From NCBI GenBank assembly GCA_013239625.1, contig MU053352.1:417485-481484 (forward strand): DNA of 64,000 nucleotides, in the 5' to 3' direction. The notes under the pieces are model-generated. The model made no database searches, had not been told where the DNA came from, and was given only the letters and a program-made list of their open reading frames with translations. Source of the DNA: Lama guanicoe. Lineage: Eukaryota. How positions within the stretch are numbered: position 1 is the first letter of the stretch; each line of letters opens with the position of its first letter. This document shows, one piece after another, positions 12,638 to 26,439 of this stretch. A program made the translations under genes and the position numbers.

Positions 12638-14386
12638 CTGCAGGAGTTAAGGCTGCTCCTCTCAACAAGGTCCTGCCCCTACCTGGGATCCCAGTGACCC
12701 ACCTGAAGGGCCCTGGCTGCAGGAGATGACGGGCATGCCAGGCTGGCTGGGGTCCACCTCTGTCTGGTCTGATGACCCAGGGAAAGGTGGACTAAGAGGA
12801 ACCATGTGAGTTACTTGTCAAACAGCTGGTCCTGCCTTTCTCCCCTCTAATGCCCACTTCACGTGAGGCAAAAACAGCGGAGATAAAATGCCACCAATTT
12901 CAGTGAACATTTCAACGTCTAAGCAGAACCTGGTCTCCTGCGTTCTGTTTTGGTGTTACAATTCAGCCGAACGTTTCAGCTAAAAACATTGGAGTTATTT
13001 TTAAACATTTTCTCCTCCAACTCGCTTCATCTACTTGGTTGCCAAGTCCATCTGCTCTCCTCCCAGGTCTCCCATTCTGTCCCCACTGGCAGCGCTGTGC
13101 AGTGCGCTGGACTTGTCCCCACACAGACTGGTCCCCCTGGACGGTAGCCTCCCTCCTACCATCTAGCCTCAACCTTTCTGCAGGACACATCAGTGCTGCA
13201 TTGCTCTCTTCTCAAAAATCTGCAGAGGACCCCTGGTGCCACTGGAATTAAGCCCAAATTTCTGACCACTGCACACAAGGGCTCTATGGGCCGGTCCTCA
13301 GCCTGCACCTCCCCACTGCCCTCCATACTCCAGCACTCATTGTGGACCCTGGTCGCCACCCCTGGATACCCCTCCTCGTCCCACCTGTACCAGTGCCACT
13401 CCTGCCACCTGGAATGCCCTTCCTGACCTCCCCGCCAGGAGAACATGTCATCTCCCAAGGCTTAAACTCAGCTCAAACATCACCTCCTTGGCTAGATCTC
13501 CACAGCAGCTCTTGCAGGACCTGATACAAACCTTCTTATCACACCATATTATAAAGACCAACTTTCACGTCTATTTTCCTTACTAGACGAATGAGCTAGT
13601 CTCTAAGTTTCCCTGTATTCCAGAATTTAGGCAGGAGTTTAAAACAAAGCAAGAGTTCAGTGAACAAATGACTATGTGGGTGAACGCGCAGTGGGGTCAA
13701 AATCCCACACCTGGGCACAGTGTGGTAGAGGCAGCGATTAAGAAGGGGCACTGGAGTCAAAGGCCTAGGTTAAAACATCCTGGCTTGGCCAATACATGCT
13801 GTGAGTTTGAAAGTCACTTAGCCTCCGAATCTGTCTGATCTGTAAGGTGGAGATGGTGACACATACTCCACAGGGTTGCTATGAGGATTAAGGTGGTTAA
13901 CACGAGACACATGTACGTAGTAACAGCTCAATGAATGGAAGCTATGATCATAAGGACAGGGCCACCAAGGACAGGTGGCTTTCTGAAACGGAAATGAAAA
14001 GAAACAAATTTCTGAAGCAGAAATGGCCATGGCGATCTCCACCATCTGCTGGGTAGAGAAAAGCAATGAAATGATAACAAAATCAGGACAGCAGGAATGC
14101 CTCTGAGGGGGAGGACACACATGGGTGTAAGCAGTGTTCTATTTTTTGAGTGATGTTCATTTTACTGTTATTCTTTAAACTATAAATGTTTGTTATACAC
14201 ACTTTTTTGTATGAATATTCCCAACTTAAACAAAAAAACAATTTTAAAGACGTCAGCAGAGCAATGCTGACTGCCTTAAACTGTCGGGTGACTGTTTTCC
14301 GTGACTCCTCTGACTCCTGTGTCTTGCAGGCTGCTGGGCTGCTGCCCTGGCGACGTGGTGGGCAGGGCTGGGTGGTGAAAGGATAC
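12638..14386 (-). other. SFI1: U12-type (minor spliceosome) GT-AG intron of SFI1, 1749 nt
   Basis: 5' splice site GTATCCTTT at 14386-14378; branch site CCTTAAC at 12652-12646, followed by only 8 nt (tcctgcag) to the 3' splice site; no polypyrimidine tract. Confidence 0.92.
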
Positions 14387-14548
14387 AGTGTTTCCAGTGA
14401 GTAAGGGCCCTCCGCAGCACCATCCTTCTGGCCAGCCCCTCCACCCGGGCGTGGTGGGCGTGCAGGCTCTCCCTCCGCTCCCAAGCCCACTGCCAATCAC
14501 AGAAGTGTATCTGGAGTATGGTGACGTCGTGGAATCGCTCGGCCATCT
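14387..14548 (-). CDS. SFI1: SFI1 coding exon 10, 162 nt
   Basis: ccctgttgcag|AGATGGCC...AAACACT|gtatcc; (E)[53 protein letters not shown]. Confidence 0.94.
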
Positions 14549-15723
14549 CTGCAACAGGGAAAACAACTTAGGTGCTGCCCCCTCAAGCCTGGGTAAGGAG
14601 CTGGAAGCATCTTTAAGACAGGCTGAAACCCACTAGCAGCAGGCAGCAGGGACTCAAGGCTGCTCCCACAAGGAATCTTAGAACAAAAGATTCTTAAACA
14701 TGGGAGGGTTGTTAGGAATCTCTTAGCTACATCTCTCCTCTCCAAGGAAAGAGAAAAGGGCTACAGCAAAGGACCGAGGCTCCTAGGGTCTGAGTCAATG
14801 ACACACAACTAGGTCCCTATGCTGGCAAACGCTTTTTTGAGCTTTCAGCCAGGCTGATACAGGCTGCCAGCTCCAACTCCTTTTAAGACTAGCTGACAGT
14901 CTGATGAGTTTAGGTCCTGGAATTAGAATGCCATAACTGGAGGCACGCTAGTCTGCAGCTCATCATTAAACAGCTTCATGCCTTCACCTTCCAGGTATGG
15001 ACAACCGGACAGCTGGTCCCCTGTCACTGTTCTCACACGGACACACTCACTCTCCCAAAAGACTGTGCTGGCAGCCCAGGGAGGCTGTGCAGGGAGGCCT
15101 AGGGGAAGCCAGAGAGCCCAACCCCGGCGCAGTGCTTGACTCACTCCTGCGTAGGCTCAAGAAACCAAAGTACAAAAAGTACCAACAATCATGACTTATT
15201 TATTACTGCTTCTGAATGCTTATGGGGAAATGAAACCATTAGAACAGTGTTCAGAAAACTCGACATCATAAATCACATGTATCTGCGTAACTGGGGACAA
15301 ACAGAAACAATTCAAATATCTATTAATAGAAGAAAGGCTAAGTAGATTAAGGTAAGCCATCCTATAAAATACAATCATTAAAAAAACATTTCTAAAGAAC
15401 ACTTAAAGACACAGGGAAGTATTAATTAGATGTGTGAAAAAGCAAGATACAAAACTGCATCATATGAATCATAATAATCACGGTATTTATAGCATAATTA
15501 AAGTCCTATTGAACTAAATATATTGAATGAAATACTGAAGAAAACCAGAATGAAATAACTTACATGTGAACCGAGGATGATGTACTTTCTACCTCAATCT
15601 CCATTTTCCAAAATCTGTGGCGTAAGATGGTTATCTCCTCTTCATAAATCAGCACCACTGGTGGCAGGAAGACTGGGAACTGTGACCCACCCTCTGCCCC
15701 TGAGCCCAGACCCTCCTGCTCAC

Positions 15724-15880
15724 CGTTCCGCTGCCTCTTCACTCTGCGCACCTGCAGGTACTCAAGCCAGGCCTTCAGGGCTCTCCGCTGTTGCCAGTGC
15801 TGGTGGTGTTTCACAGCGGAGACCACCTTCTGTCTCTCCCTCCAGACATGCAGGAGCTGCTCCCGCCACCGTGACCAAGC
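15724..15880 (-). CDS. SFI1: SFI1 coding exon 9, 157 nt
   Basis: ggttttcag|GCTTGG...GAACG|gtgagc; [52 protein letters not shown]. Confidence 0.94.
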
Positions 15881-16389
15881 CTGAAAACCAGAGAAAAGAC
15901 AACGGTCAAGGGAGGCAGGAAAAGAGACACAGACACACCAGAAAGGCTAAAATTAGAAACAAGGAAGTGGCAATCCCCAGGCAGGATCATACGTGATGGG
16001 AATTTGGGGTGAAAGGATCTTTAAGAAGGGCATCCTGCTTCCAGAAAGTAAGTTTTTTTCCTGGATTAAGAAGAAGAAGAAAAGAGGAATAATAAAATCA
16101 ATGAACAGACAAGAAGCATGGACAATCCAAGGGGTGACAGAATTAACCTGGGAGAGCCGAGGGTCTGCCTTTTCCTCCAAAGTGGGAGGAAGCCGATTGT
16201 CAAGAGCCCTTTCTTAGGCACATTAGTTTGCGGGAAGTGTACCCACAGAAACTGAAGGTTCCCTGAAGACCGTCCATAAATGCGCGCCCTGGGGAAAGCC
16301 TTAGTGCAGCTCAGCGATACACAGCTCAGCGATACGCATGCCCTGGTCTGACGAGGACTGCCAGATGACTTCATACCCTCTTCTTAAAC

Positions 16390-19300
16390 CTGTAACACCT
16401 CACCTTTCCTTCCCCTCAGCTGAATACCATTTCCCCTATTTCACCATGAGAATAAAAGCAATCAAAAGACAGTTTTCTCAAGCTCTGCCGTGTCTATTCA
16501 CCTGCCCACAGGCTCTGTCTTCGCTCCTGCCACTCTGGGCAAACTGTCCACGTTTCTACCAAAGGTCAACCCCACTCCCAACTCCTCTCAACACCTCAAG
16601 TTCGTCACTGGAAATCCCCCCAACCCCAACCTGCATCATCACTTCTCACTCTCTGCTAGATTTTTTTATATCAGGATTCGAATGTGCTCTTTTTTCTCCC
16701 ATTCTAAAAAAAAAAAAAATCCTTTCAGGGATGTGACCATCAAAAGCAATGGGTGAGCTCTGACTGGACCCTGGACCTGACATTAAAAGAACAATATACA
16801 GTTTGAGTATGATCTGTATTTTACATATTACTGTATCAATATTAAATTTCTTAGACACGACAGTGACACTGCGGTTATACAGGAGGACATCCTTGTTTTT
16901 AGGAGATATGAGTTGGAGTATTCAGGGTAAGTTAATGTCTGCAACTTTAAAGCAGCTCAGAAAAATTTAAGAAATATACTGATATACTCAAGGGAAAGCA
17001 AATGTGGCAAGATGTTAACCATAGGTTAAGCTAGTGAAGAGTACATAGTTGTCTACCCACCTTTTCTGTGATTTGGTATCTGTCAAAATTAAAAGGCTGG
17101 GGGGAAAAGATCACTGTCACAAATACTTCCTGAAGGGGATAAATCAGGGATCCTCAAATGAACAGCCCACACCCTTCTCGAGACCACACTCTGCCACCCA
17201 GCTAACACCCAAGTGCTTCCCTTTCCTTTCGAAACTCCTCAAAAGAGCTGTCTTACTTTCTACTTTCTCTTCCCCCAAGGAGGCTTTCTTGAACGCTCTT
17301 CCCTACAGGCTCACTGAAACTACTCTTATCGAGGGCGAATGACCTCCACGTTGCTCAATCCAAAGGTCACGTCTCAGTCCTCACCTTCCCTGACCTGCCA
17401 GAAGCTTCTGACACGGCCTGTCACACCTGCCCTCACCTGGCTTTCAGGATGTCACCTCCCCTTTGTTCCTGCTGCTGGTTCTCACCTCTTCACCTCACAG
17501 GCTCGGTCCTGGAGCCTGTCCACCAGCGACAACCACTCCCTCTGTGCTCCCACCCAGTCTCATTGCTTTAAATGCCACCTGCTAGCTGAGGAGCCCCGAG
17601 TCTACATCTCGGGTCTGGGCCTGACCTCAGGACTCCACACATACACCCAGCTGCCTCCCCAACGCCTCCTGGCGGACGTTCAAGAGGCCTAACTGGGACC
17701 TCAGCATGGAGCTCCCCCTAATCCTTTCCCACAAACCTGCCCCTCCCTCCAGCTCCCCCACTTCAGTAAATAGCCATTCCATCGTGCCAGTTACTTAGAT
17801 CAAAACCCCAGGAGTTCTGTTGGACTTTTTCTCTGAAACTTCACAGCTTCCCTATCCATTAGCAAACCCTGTCAGCAACACCTTCAGAACATACCCAGAC
17901 TCCAACACCATCTTGCTACCTTCCTGGTCTGAAATCTCTCCCAGAACTCTGTCACCACCTCCAGACTGCTCTCCCTGCTTTTATCCTTGATCTTCTGTGG
18001 TCTGTCTTAACACAACAGCCACAGTAGCCCTTTTCCATTTGTTTTGGTTGTTATGTCACTTCAATATCTTCATTTTATTTGCCAATTTTCCTCCCTTTTT
18101 TCTCTTTCACGCCACCAATCTGCTAGAGAAACCAGGTCATTTATCGCATAAACTGTCCCATGTTTTACATTTGGCTGATTGTCTTCTCTAAGTGTCTTTA
18201 ACTAGTCCCTCTGAGCCCTGTATTTCCCATGAGCTGAAAGTCAGATTCACACTAGGCTTGGCTGCAGTCATGTGCAAATTTTAGGCAAGAATACATCTGG
18301 AGTGCTGCTGGGGACTTCCTGTCACACCACATGGTGGCCAGCTGCCACAGTTCTAGCCATGCCAAGGTTGTTTAGTGGCTTCAGACGGTATCAGTCTGAT
18401 CCCCTCCTTGTATCTCCCTGTCATCTTTCCACCAGATGATTGCTGCCTAGATCCATTTTCTCACCTGGGGCAGCAAAACAGTGATTTTCTAATTCTAACA
18501 CTCCTGCAGTTATTAACTGGAATTCTACACAGAAACCTCCTCTCACGAACCCTCCGGTTTCTCAGAGATCAGTTTGGACAGGAAAGGCAGGATGCATGCT
18601 TGATTTTGGCCTTCATTAACTTCCAAAGAATTGAATTAATGCTCTCACAACACAAAATTGTGACCGATGAGCTCTTTTTTTCCCTCATTACAAATGCATC
18701 AATTTTTATATATTTGGTACGTTTTCAATCCACTGTAGTCATTGTTCTTTTTGATCTTCAAACTGTTCTATCTTAAGGCCTACATGAGTCCCTCAGACAC
18801 GACCCCAGTAGCCTCTGTTGATTCCCTCGCCTTCCGCACACCATCTCCTAGGCACGAGATGCCTACTTCCTGCTCTAGACCTGGAATCAGCCATTTCTCC
18901 ACAAGGCATCAGTTTCTTTTAGTGGGAAACAGTAGAGACCACAACGTGGGCACTAGGGATGCTAAATGCTTTATTATTGCCACTGCTTCTAAGTCTTTTC
19001 AGTAAATAGAGTTGGCAACTCACTTTTCTAGGTTAAAAAAAATCATGAGTCCACACTGGTATTTATACTTCCATTTTCAGATTACGTGACTTTTACTTAA
19101 TTTCTCTGATTACTTAATTACTTTTACTTAATTTCTTTTAATTTCTGTAATCTTTCCTTTTACACTGAAAATCGTGCTTCCTAGTGATGCTGTCACAGTT
19201 ATTTGCTTTACCTTACAATGTAGCAATAATAGTTTCAACAATTCAAATCTGCTACCAACCAGACTACTGAACACAATGTCAGATTTCTTAGTAGCTCTCT

Positions 19301-19860
19301 GTGTCCTTAGAATACATCCTACTAGGGATGAACAATCAAAATACTGCATTTTAAATTTACTTGAAGTAATTCTTTTCTGTGGAGTCACTGCTACAAACCT
19401 GGTATGAGTTTGTCTCAGTGTGCTTTAAAATCCTAGGGATTGGCTTTTTCCTTTTTATTTTTTAATTATATACAATATTTAACATGGTTCCAAAGTTAAA
19501 ACTACGTAACAGAGTAAATTCACAGAAGTACTTTCTTCCTACACTGTTACTCCTTTCCCCATAGGTAATCACTTTCCGTTGGTTTTTGTTCTATTTTTCC
19601 ATTGTTTCTTCTTGAAACTATAAACACACACTCATCTCTCTCTCCCCTTCTTCCTCAAAAGGCAGCACACAATGAACCAGAGGGATCCTGTTAAGAGGGA
19701 GGTGTGACCATACCACTCCTTCATCAAAGCCAGTATCTTTCTCTCTTCCCCAGAGTAAGAGCCAAAGCCTTTACCAGCACAGCCCGCGAAGCCTCACTAC
19801 ATGGGCTCCCTCGCCACCTCATGGCCTAATCCTTCCTACCCTCCCACGTTCATCAGCACA
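16390..19860. mobile_element. Degenerate L2 with nested old L1 pieces (~16730-17100 on +, ~18020-19660 on -)
   Basis: L2 motifs (actgaaactactcttatc, tgctttaaatgccacct, cttcagtaaatagccattccatc, ccagagtaagagccaaagcc) interrupted by L1MC/ME-like 3'UTR sequence. Confidence 0.6.
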
Positions 19861-20721
19861 GCACGAGCTCCATCAGGCTCATGCAGCGGGAGACTCAGTG
19901 TCACCAACGTGGCAGTTTTCTCCAATCAAACATAAAAAGTCAGTGTATTACAATAAAAATCCTAGTAGGCTTTGTTGTGGAACTTGACAAGCTGATCCTA
20001 AAATTAATAAGATAAAGGAAGCCAAGACAATTTTTAAAAAGAACAAGAAGGTCCCTCTCCATATATGAAGCCATACAGTAAGATCAGGAGTAGTGATATA
20101 CAGTGAGCATTTACTGAGGAGTTCCATACTCCAAGCACTGCTCTAAGCATATTATTAACACATATCATCACACTTAATCCTTATCGATCCTATGAGGCAG
20201 GTACCATTATTATCTACTTACAGATAAGAAACCTTAGGTACAGGGAGATTAAGTAACTCATTCAAAGGCACAAAGTGAATAGTAGGTGACGGAGGCAGAA
20301 TTTCCACCTGGGCAGTCTGACTAGAGAATCTTTGCTCTTTCTTATCTGCTTCATTAAATCATAACTATATCAGCATGGTATTGGCTCAGAGACAGACACA
20401 CAGACCAATGGAATGAAGAGCCCAGAATGGACCCATGAGCAAATGGGACCTTGCTCTTTAATGAAGGTGGACTAATAATCAGTAGAGAAAGGATAAAGGG
20501 GGATACAAAAAAGGATAAAGGATAAACTAATCAGTAAATACTGCTGCAGCAATTAATTACCCATGAGGAAAGTGATAAATGAAGACCCTGTTTCACACAA
20601 CTTATAAAAATTAAACCCAAAATGGATTAAAGACCAAATCACAAGATAAAAGAATAAATTAGGTTACACTGAAATAACACTTGTATAAAAAAAAAAGCAT
20701 GATAAAGCAAAAAAACAAGCT

Positions 20722-20815
20722 GTGGGGGGAGGTCATAGCTCAGCGAAAGAGTGTGCTTAGCACATACAGGGCCTGGGTTCAATCCCCAGTGCCTGCATTT
20801 AAAAAACAAAAGCAG
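20722..20815 (+). mobile_element. Camelid tRNA-derived SINE (Vic-1-like)
   Basis: GGGGGGAGGTCATAGCTCAG...GGGTTCAATCCCCAG with A tail; TSD AAACAAGCT at 20713-20721 and 20816-20824. Confidence 0.88.
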
Positions 20816-22034
20816 AAACAAGCTACAGACTGGAAGAAAGTACTTGCAACGTACAAAACAGTCAAGAGGTCAGTAAGCAGAATCTACAGCAATATCCACA
20901 AAACAGTAAGAAAAAGCCAAATAACTCAACAGAAAAAAAGGAGTGAGGGATGTACACAAGCTCAAACACAGAAACCCAAATAGCAAACAAGCATCTGAAA
21001 AGATGCTGGGCTTCACTAGGAATCAATGAGATGTAAACTAAAGCAATAATAAATCACCACTTCACACCTATTGAGTTGGTGACAATGACCCACGCAAAGT
21101 GCTGATGAGGCAGAAAGAAAGAGAACCAAAATTTTAGCAGGTAAACCCTCACAGCACTGGAGAGCAACGGGGCTTTGTGGGGTAAGGATGAACAGATGAA
21201 CACCCACAGCCCCAGCAGCCTCACTTCCAGGAACCAGAGGAAAGTCTCAGACTCTTGCACAAGAATCTGTGTTCTAGAACACTCTCTGCAACACTGTTTT
21301 TGTACTTGCAAAAAAAGTCATCAGAAGGAATCAACAGTTCAGCAGCAGTGAGCAGATAAACGGAGCCTTATTCGTACAAGGGCATATTATACAGTGAACA
21401 GATCTCTATGGGTCAACATGGATAAACCTCAAAAATAAACTGCTGCGTAAAAAAGCAAGTTGCAAAGTAAATGTACAGTATGACACCAGTCATAAGTTTC
21501 CTAACTATACACCGCCAGAACATTTATACTTTACATGTATATACGCACACATTTTCACAAGTGAAAAAGAACACAAGAGAACAATGACTTCAGTATCAAG
21601 GCTGGGGCTATTTCTAAGGAGGAAAGGGACACACAGCTGGCGTCCATCAGTGACAGAATCAGCCTCGTCATGTCCCCGTGCTACTGGCATTCTCACATTC
21701 GTCAGTTCCGCTCCCTCCAGAGAGTACAAGTCTATTGAGGAATAGGCAGGAAGATGGTTAAGAGAATGGCTCTGTGGTTAGCAGGCTGCTTGGGTTTTCA
21801 TGCTGGTTCTGACTTTGCTAAGTGTGTGATCCTCGTTCAAGTTATTTAACCTATAATATTATGGGATTAAAAAATAATTTTGAAATTAACTGAGATAATG
21901 TACATAAAGCACGCAGTCCAGCACCTTGGACAGGGAGGCCACGATAAATCCTGCTGCTCCTGCTCGTACTGCTATTACCACTGGCAAGAACTGTGTCTAT
22001 TTCCTTGCTATTGCTTCTGAAGAACTTACAAGTT

Positions 22035-22264
22035 CAGAGATCCAGCAAATTTTTTTCTTAAAAAAGGGTCAGATAAGAACTATTTTGGGCTTTGCAGGCC
22101 ATAAGGTACGGTCTCTGTTGCAACTACTCAACTCTGCCATTATAGCCAGAAAGCAGCTCAGACAATACATAAATGAGTAGATTTAACCGCATCTCAATAA
22201 GACTTGATGTGCGACAATAGGCAGCTGGCGAAATCTGACCTGTGGGCAAGGCTGCTGACCCCTG
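22035..22264. mobile_element. MER58A-like hAT-Charlie MITE
   Basis: cagcaaattttttc...ttgggctttgcaggccata...gttgcaactactcaactctgccatt...gacccctg. Confidence 0.82.
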
Positions 22265-23005
22265 ATCTGTGCTGTCTGCATGTGATCTCAAATACTGCAT
22301 ATACTCACATGGACGATGTAAAATGTTGTCGAGTTAAAAAGCTATTACTCCTACATACAGTAACAGGCACTTCTTTACCTCCTCTCTCCTAGCCTATTCT
22401 CTGTAACTGACTTGGCAGCCCTATAATATGTACCCAGGGAACATGAAAAAGTGACAGAAATTCAGAGAGTCTATCAAAGGCCACAAGAAAGCTTCACCAC
22501 AGCATAGTTTTCGTACAGATGCTGGGCCTTTATAACTGACCAAAACATAGTAGCTTTCCCAAAAAGAACTCTTTACAGATAAGGAAAATTATATGGGAAG
22601 AAAAAAAAAGGTTTTCTTTCCAGTCTTAGTTTCTTTTCTGCCCTCATTATTTTCTAACTTGCTATAGGAAAAGAATAATGAGGAAATAAAGAATATACTG
22701 CTGCTTCTTTCAACACATTTATAATTCACAAACCCCTTTCCACAGTTAGCAGGAGCTCTCTAAACACCACTGGCAATCACACACAGCACGTTCCTACTAG
22801 TGGCCTCTGTCTGTTGAAGACGCCAGCCTTCCATGGTGCTTCTGCCTCCCAGGCGCCCTTCAGCCCCTTGAGCTGCAGGGAGGACTCAGCAGAGGCAGCG
22901 GCCTGTTGGTCAGCCTTCTGCTTGGGAATCTGAGCCCACACTCTGTGGGTGTGGGGCCTGATGACGTGGACAAAGGGCACCAAAACCTGAGTCTGCTGGA
23001 CTCAC

Positions 23006-23108
23006 CTGCAGCTGGAGGCTCCGGGCACTGTGCTTCACAGCGGAGGCATGGAGAGCGTGGCCCACCCGGATCTGTCCCAGGCGCTGTCTCCACTCGCGCC
23101 ACCACACC
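23006..23108 (-). CDS. SFI1: SFI1 coding exon 8, 103 nt
   Basis: ctcttggacag|GGTGTGG...CTGCAG|gtgagt; [34 protein letters not shown]. Confidence 0.94.
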
Positions 23109-24799
23109 CTGTCCAAGAGCAAACCCAAGATGGAACCAGTCAGAAAAAAGCCAGCTGGACAAGAGAGGGGCAGAGAGGGCAGACTCTCAGCTCAAGTCCC
23201 TCTCCCTCATGGTGCCACCTCTAGACTGATATCTGTTAGATCTACCATTGAAGAAAACAACCTAGAAACAGTCTTTAGGGCTGCGATTAAGGGTGGGAAA
23301 CTGAATGGTTCCTAAGGTCAGATCCAGCCTTCAACACTACAGACATGCTTGGTTTAGCTTAGGCACGGTTAAAAAAAAAAAAATCACTGTCAACATTTAA
23401 AAAAAAAAACAACAAGAGATTCCACAGAATAAACTGTCAAAAAAGTGGCTTTTAGATTTCCAGTCTTGATGGATGGATCCCTGCTTTTCCTCCTGAACTG
23501 GCCAGGTTTCATTCTAGCCTTGGTTTCTTTCCTGTTTATTTTCTAATTTGCTGTAGGAAAACAGTTAACGTGGAAATGAGAGTTTGCAACCTCTGCTTTA
23601 CAGAAACATTCACTTTGCCTGGTCACTTTAACTCACCAGAATCTCTCTCCTCCTAACCTAAGCCATGCTTAGCTGTTACCACTCACTTCAAAATCTCAAG
23701 CTATCTTGCATTATTATTTATCTTTTCTTAGGGAATTGTAAATTCCCTGAATGTAACCCCAGCACCCAATGTAGTATCAGCAACATTTTAAGTTCTCAAT
23801 AAATACATTGAATAAATAAAATTATATAGAAATATCCTCCCATAAACTCTAGCAGAACTTACTCAGCATTTAAAATATTTGCTGAAAAAATAAATAAATA
23901 AAATAAAATATTTCCTGAAAAAACTTTAAATAACAGAAAAAATTTTAAGTAACTTCTTTATGCCCACTGATGTTCTGGATACTATGCTAAATACTTTACA
24001 GATGGTACCTTATTTCCCATGACAACCCTGAAAGATGCTTAATGGTGTGTCTAATTCACAGATGAGGAAAGTGAGCTTTGGAGAGGTGAAATGACCCAAT
24101 AACACTTGTTGGAACAGGGATTTCAACCCAAGTCACTCTAGCTGCAAAGACTCTGCTCTCACCCATGCCACATACAGGGCCCAGCTCTCTCGGGCAGGAA
24201 CTGAGCTTTCAATATGCTGCCATTCAGAACACCAGAGGACCACTGGGGACAAGGCACAATGGAATCAGTCTCATTATAAAGCAGCTCACTGTTATACACA
24301 TCTGGCTTTCCATGCGGACTAACTCAGGTCCCTCCAACATGGGGACAACGCTGCTGAGGTGCACTCCAGAGCAGCTATTAAGGGCATGAGCTTTGGCATC
24401 AGAAAGACGGATGGGTGAGCTCTAGTTCTGCCACCTACAACTTAAACATTAAGTCTCAGAAACGCTGAGTAACTTTCCTGAGCTTGTATATCTTAATCTG
24501 TACAACAGTAGTTATTTTATAGTTTATGGTAATGAGTAAATGAGACATTTTACATTAAAAAATGCACACACACAAACTTAACACACGGTTTAGAACACGT
24601 AAGTACTCAGCATTACTTACAACGTTGTGAAAAATTTGACCTCAATGCTGAACAAGTTATCAGTAAATACTTATTAGGCATCAGGTATGTTCAAAACGTT
24701 GTTTTAAGGTGGGTTTTTTATGCTGGCTTTCCAGCGGCATAGGTCAAGGCTGAGGTAAAATAAATGCTGCAAATCTGTAGGGCAATGTAGCACACTCAC

Positions 24800-24917
24800 C
24801 ACAAAATACTCCGCTGCCTAAACTCCAGGGCGGTGGTCTGCATCTGAAGTTTGGTCCTACGAAAAACCACGTAGATCAACCAGGACTTCCAGGCCTGCCG
24901 CATCTTTTGTTTTGCGT
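24800..24917 (-). CDS. SFI1: SFI1 coding exon 7, 118 nt
   Basis: gcctctag|ACGCAA...TTTGTG|gtgagt; (D)[38 protein letters not shown](W). Not in the ORF track. Confidence 0.94.
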
Positions 24918-25417
24918 CTAGAGGCACCAAAGAGATTTTCAAAAAGGGGTGGGGGGAGATGGGTTACTCTGGGTTAGACAAAAGCTCATAGGCTCTAGGA
25001 CTCATCCCTCCTTTGAATATCTAAATTCCTCCGGTCTTCAAGTGCCCCCTGCTGGAAAAGTTGTGAAGCTCTACAAAATTAACAAGGATGCAAGTACATG
25101 TGAAGAATGGTTCTATCAGTGACAACAGTTACAAAACATTTAAAGGAAAATCAATGTTCTGACCTGTTCAGAAACCCTTTATTTTAAAACCCTTTTTTAA
25201 GAGTTATATTCTGCAACATTTACAGATGAAATAACACAGGAGGTAGAGAAGCGAATGGGAATATGGATGTAATAAGACTAGCGTGAGTCAGTAATTACTG
25301 GCAACTAGTTATGTGATGGGTAGGTACATGGAGGTTCATGTTCTACCTTTCAACTTTGTAGATATTTTAAACTTTCCATTATATAAAGTTAGAAAGAAGT
25401 CATGTTAGAAAATGTGC

Positions 25418-25540
25418 TCTCACAGAGGAAAAAAAATGTGACAATGAATATATGTATGTTCACGTACAACGGAAAAATTGTGCTCTACACTGGAATTTGA
25501 CACAACATTGTAAAATGACTACAACTCAATCAAAAAAATG
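25418..25540 (+). mobile_element. Young lineage-specific L1, 5'-truncated 3' end
   Basis: gtgacaatgaatatatgtatgttca...tggaatttgacacaacattgtaaaatgact...A tail; highly similar to the copy at 43740-43866. Confidence 0.75.
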
Positions 25541-26439
25541 TTCTGTGTGAAACAAAAACTGGGAAGTAGAATAAGCAAGACAAAAGGAAAGGGTACTACC
25601 TGCACCTGCTTGTATCTGTTTGAGAAACCGAATAAAAAGGACCAGTAATGATCCTGGAGGAAACAATTTACTAGATATGGGACGTGCAAAGGTCCACAGG
25701 TCTCCTTTTGTGGCAAATTCCATTTTCACTATGAAAGTCATCATTAGTAAAGTAAATTTCTGTTCTTTTTAGAATACAGAGGAGAAAATAAAATCATGTA
25801 AACCATGTTCAGGACATTCTCCAAAAGTGGTCAGTAGAACTACAACTATACTTTGCATTTCATAGCTGCTGACAAGTCAAGTCAAAATACGGAAAAGAAT
25901 TTAACACGTAGCTTCCTCGGGCCCATCCCCAACCTGAGCAATCAGTGCACCTCGGGCAACAAGGACAAGCAAGGTGCTCTGCTTCAGAGTTCAGGCTCCA
26001 GAGTAAGACAGGGTGGGTCTGAACACTGACCTCATCACTTAGCTAAGTAACCCTACACAAGTTCCTTACCTGCAAATTGGTGCCTCCTTTAGAGGTAGGT
26101 GTGCAAACAGGAAAGGAAGATTATCAATGAGAAGTGTCTCCAATAAACACAAGCTATTATCTTCTGAGTGTGGAACCCAGGAATCTGCATTAACTGTCTC
26201 TGCCATGATTCTGATGACATTTTGAAAACCATGCTTCCTTTAGGCCTGAAAGTACTTGCAGACTTTTTATTTAACAGTGTTAAGAGTGAATGAACAGTCC
26301 CCGGAGTCTGTGGGCATGGCCTAAAACAACTGTCATGTTGTCAGAAATAACTTTTTATCTTAATAAATCAAGTGACTTTTCCTTCTACTCCATAGCATAG
26401 CTGTAGTTATCATAACTATAAATAACAACATAAAATAGC

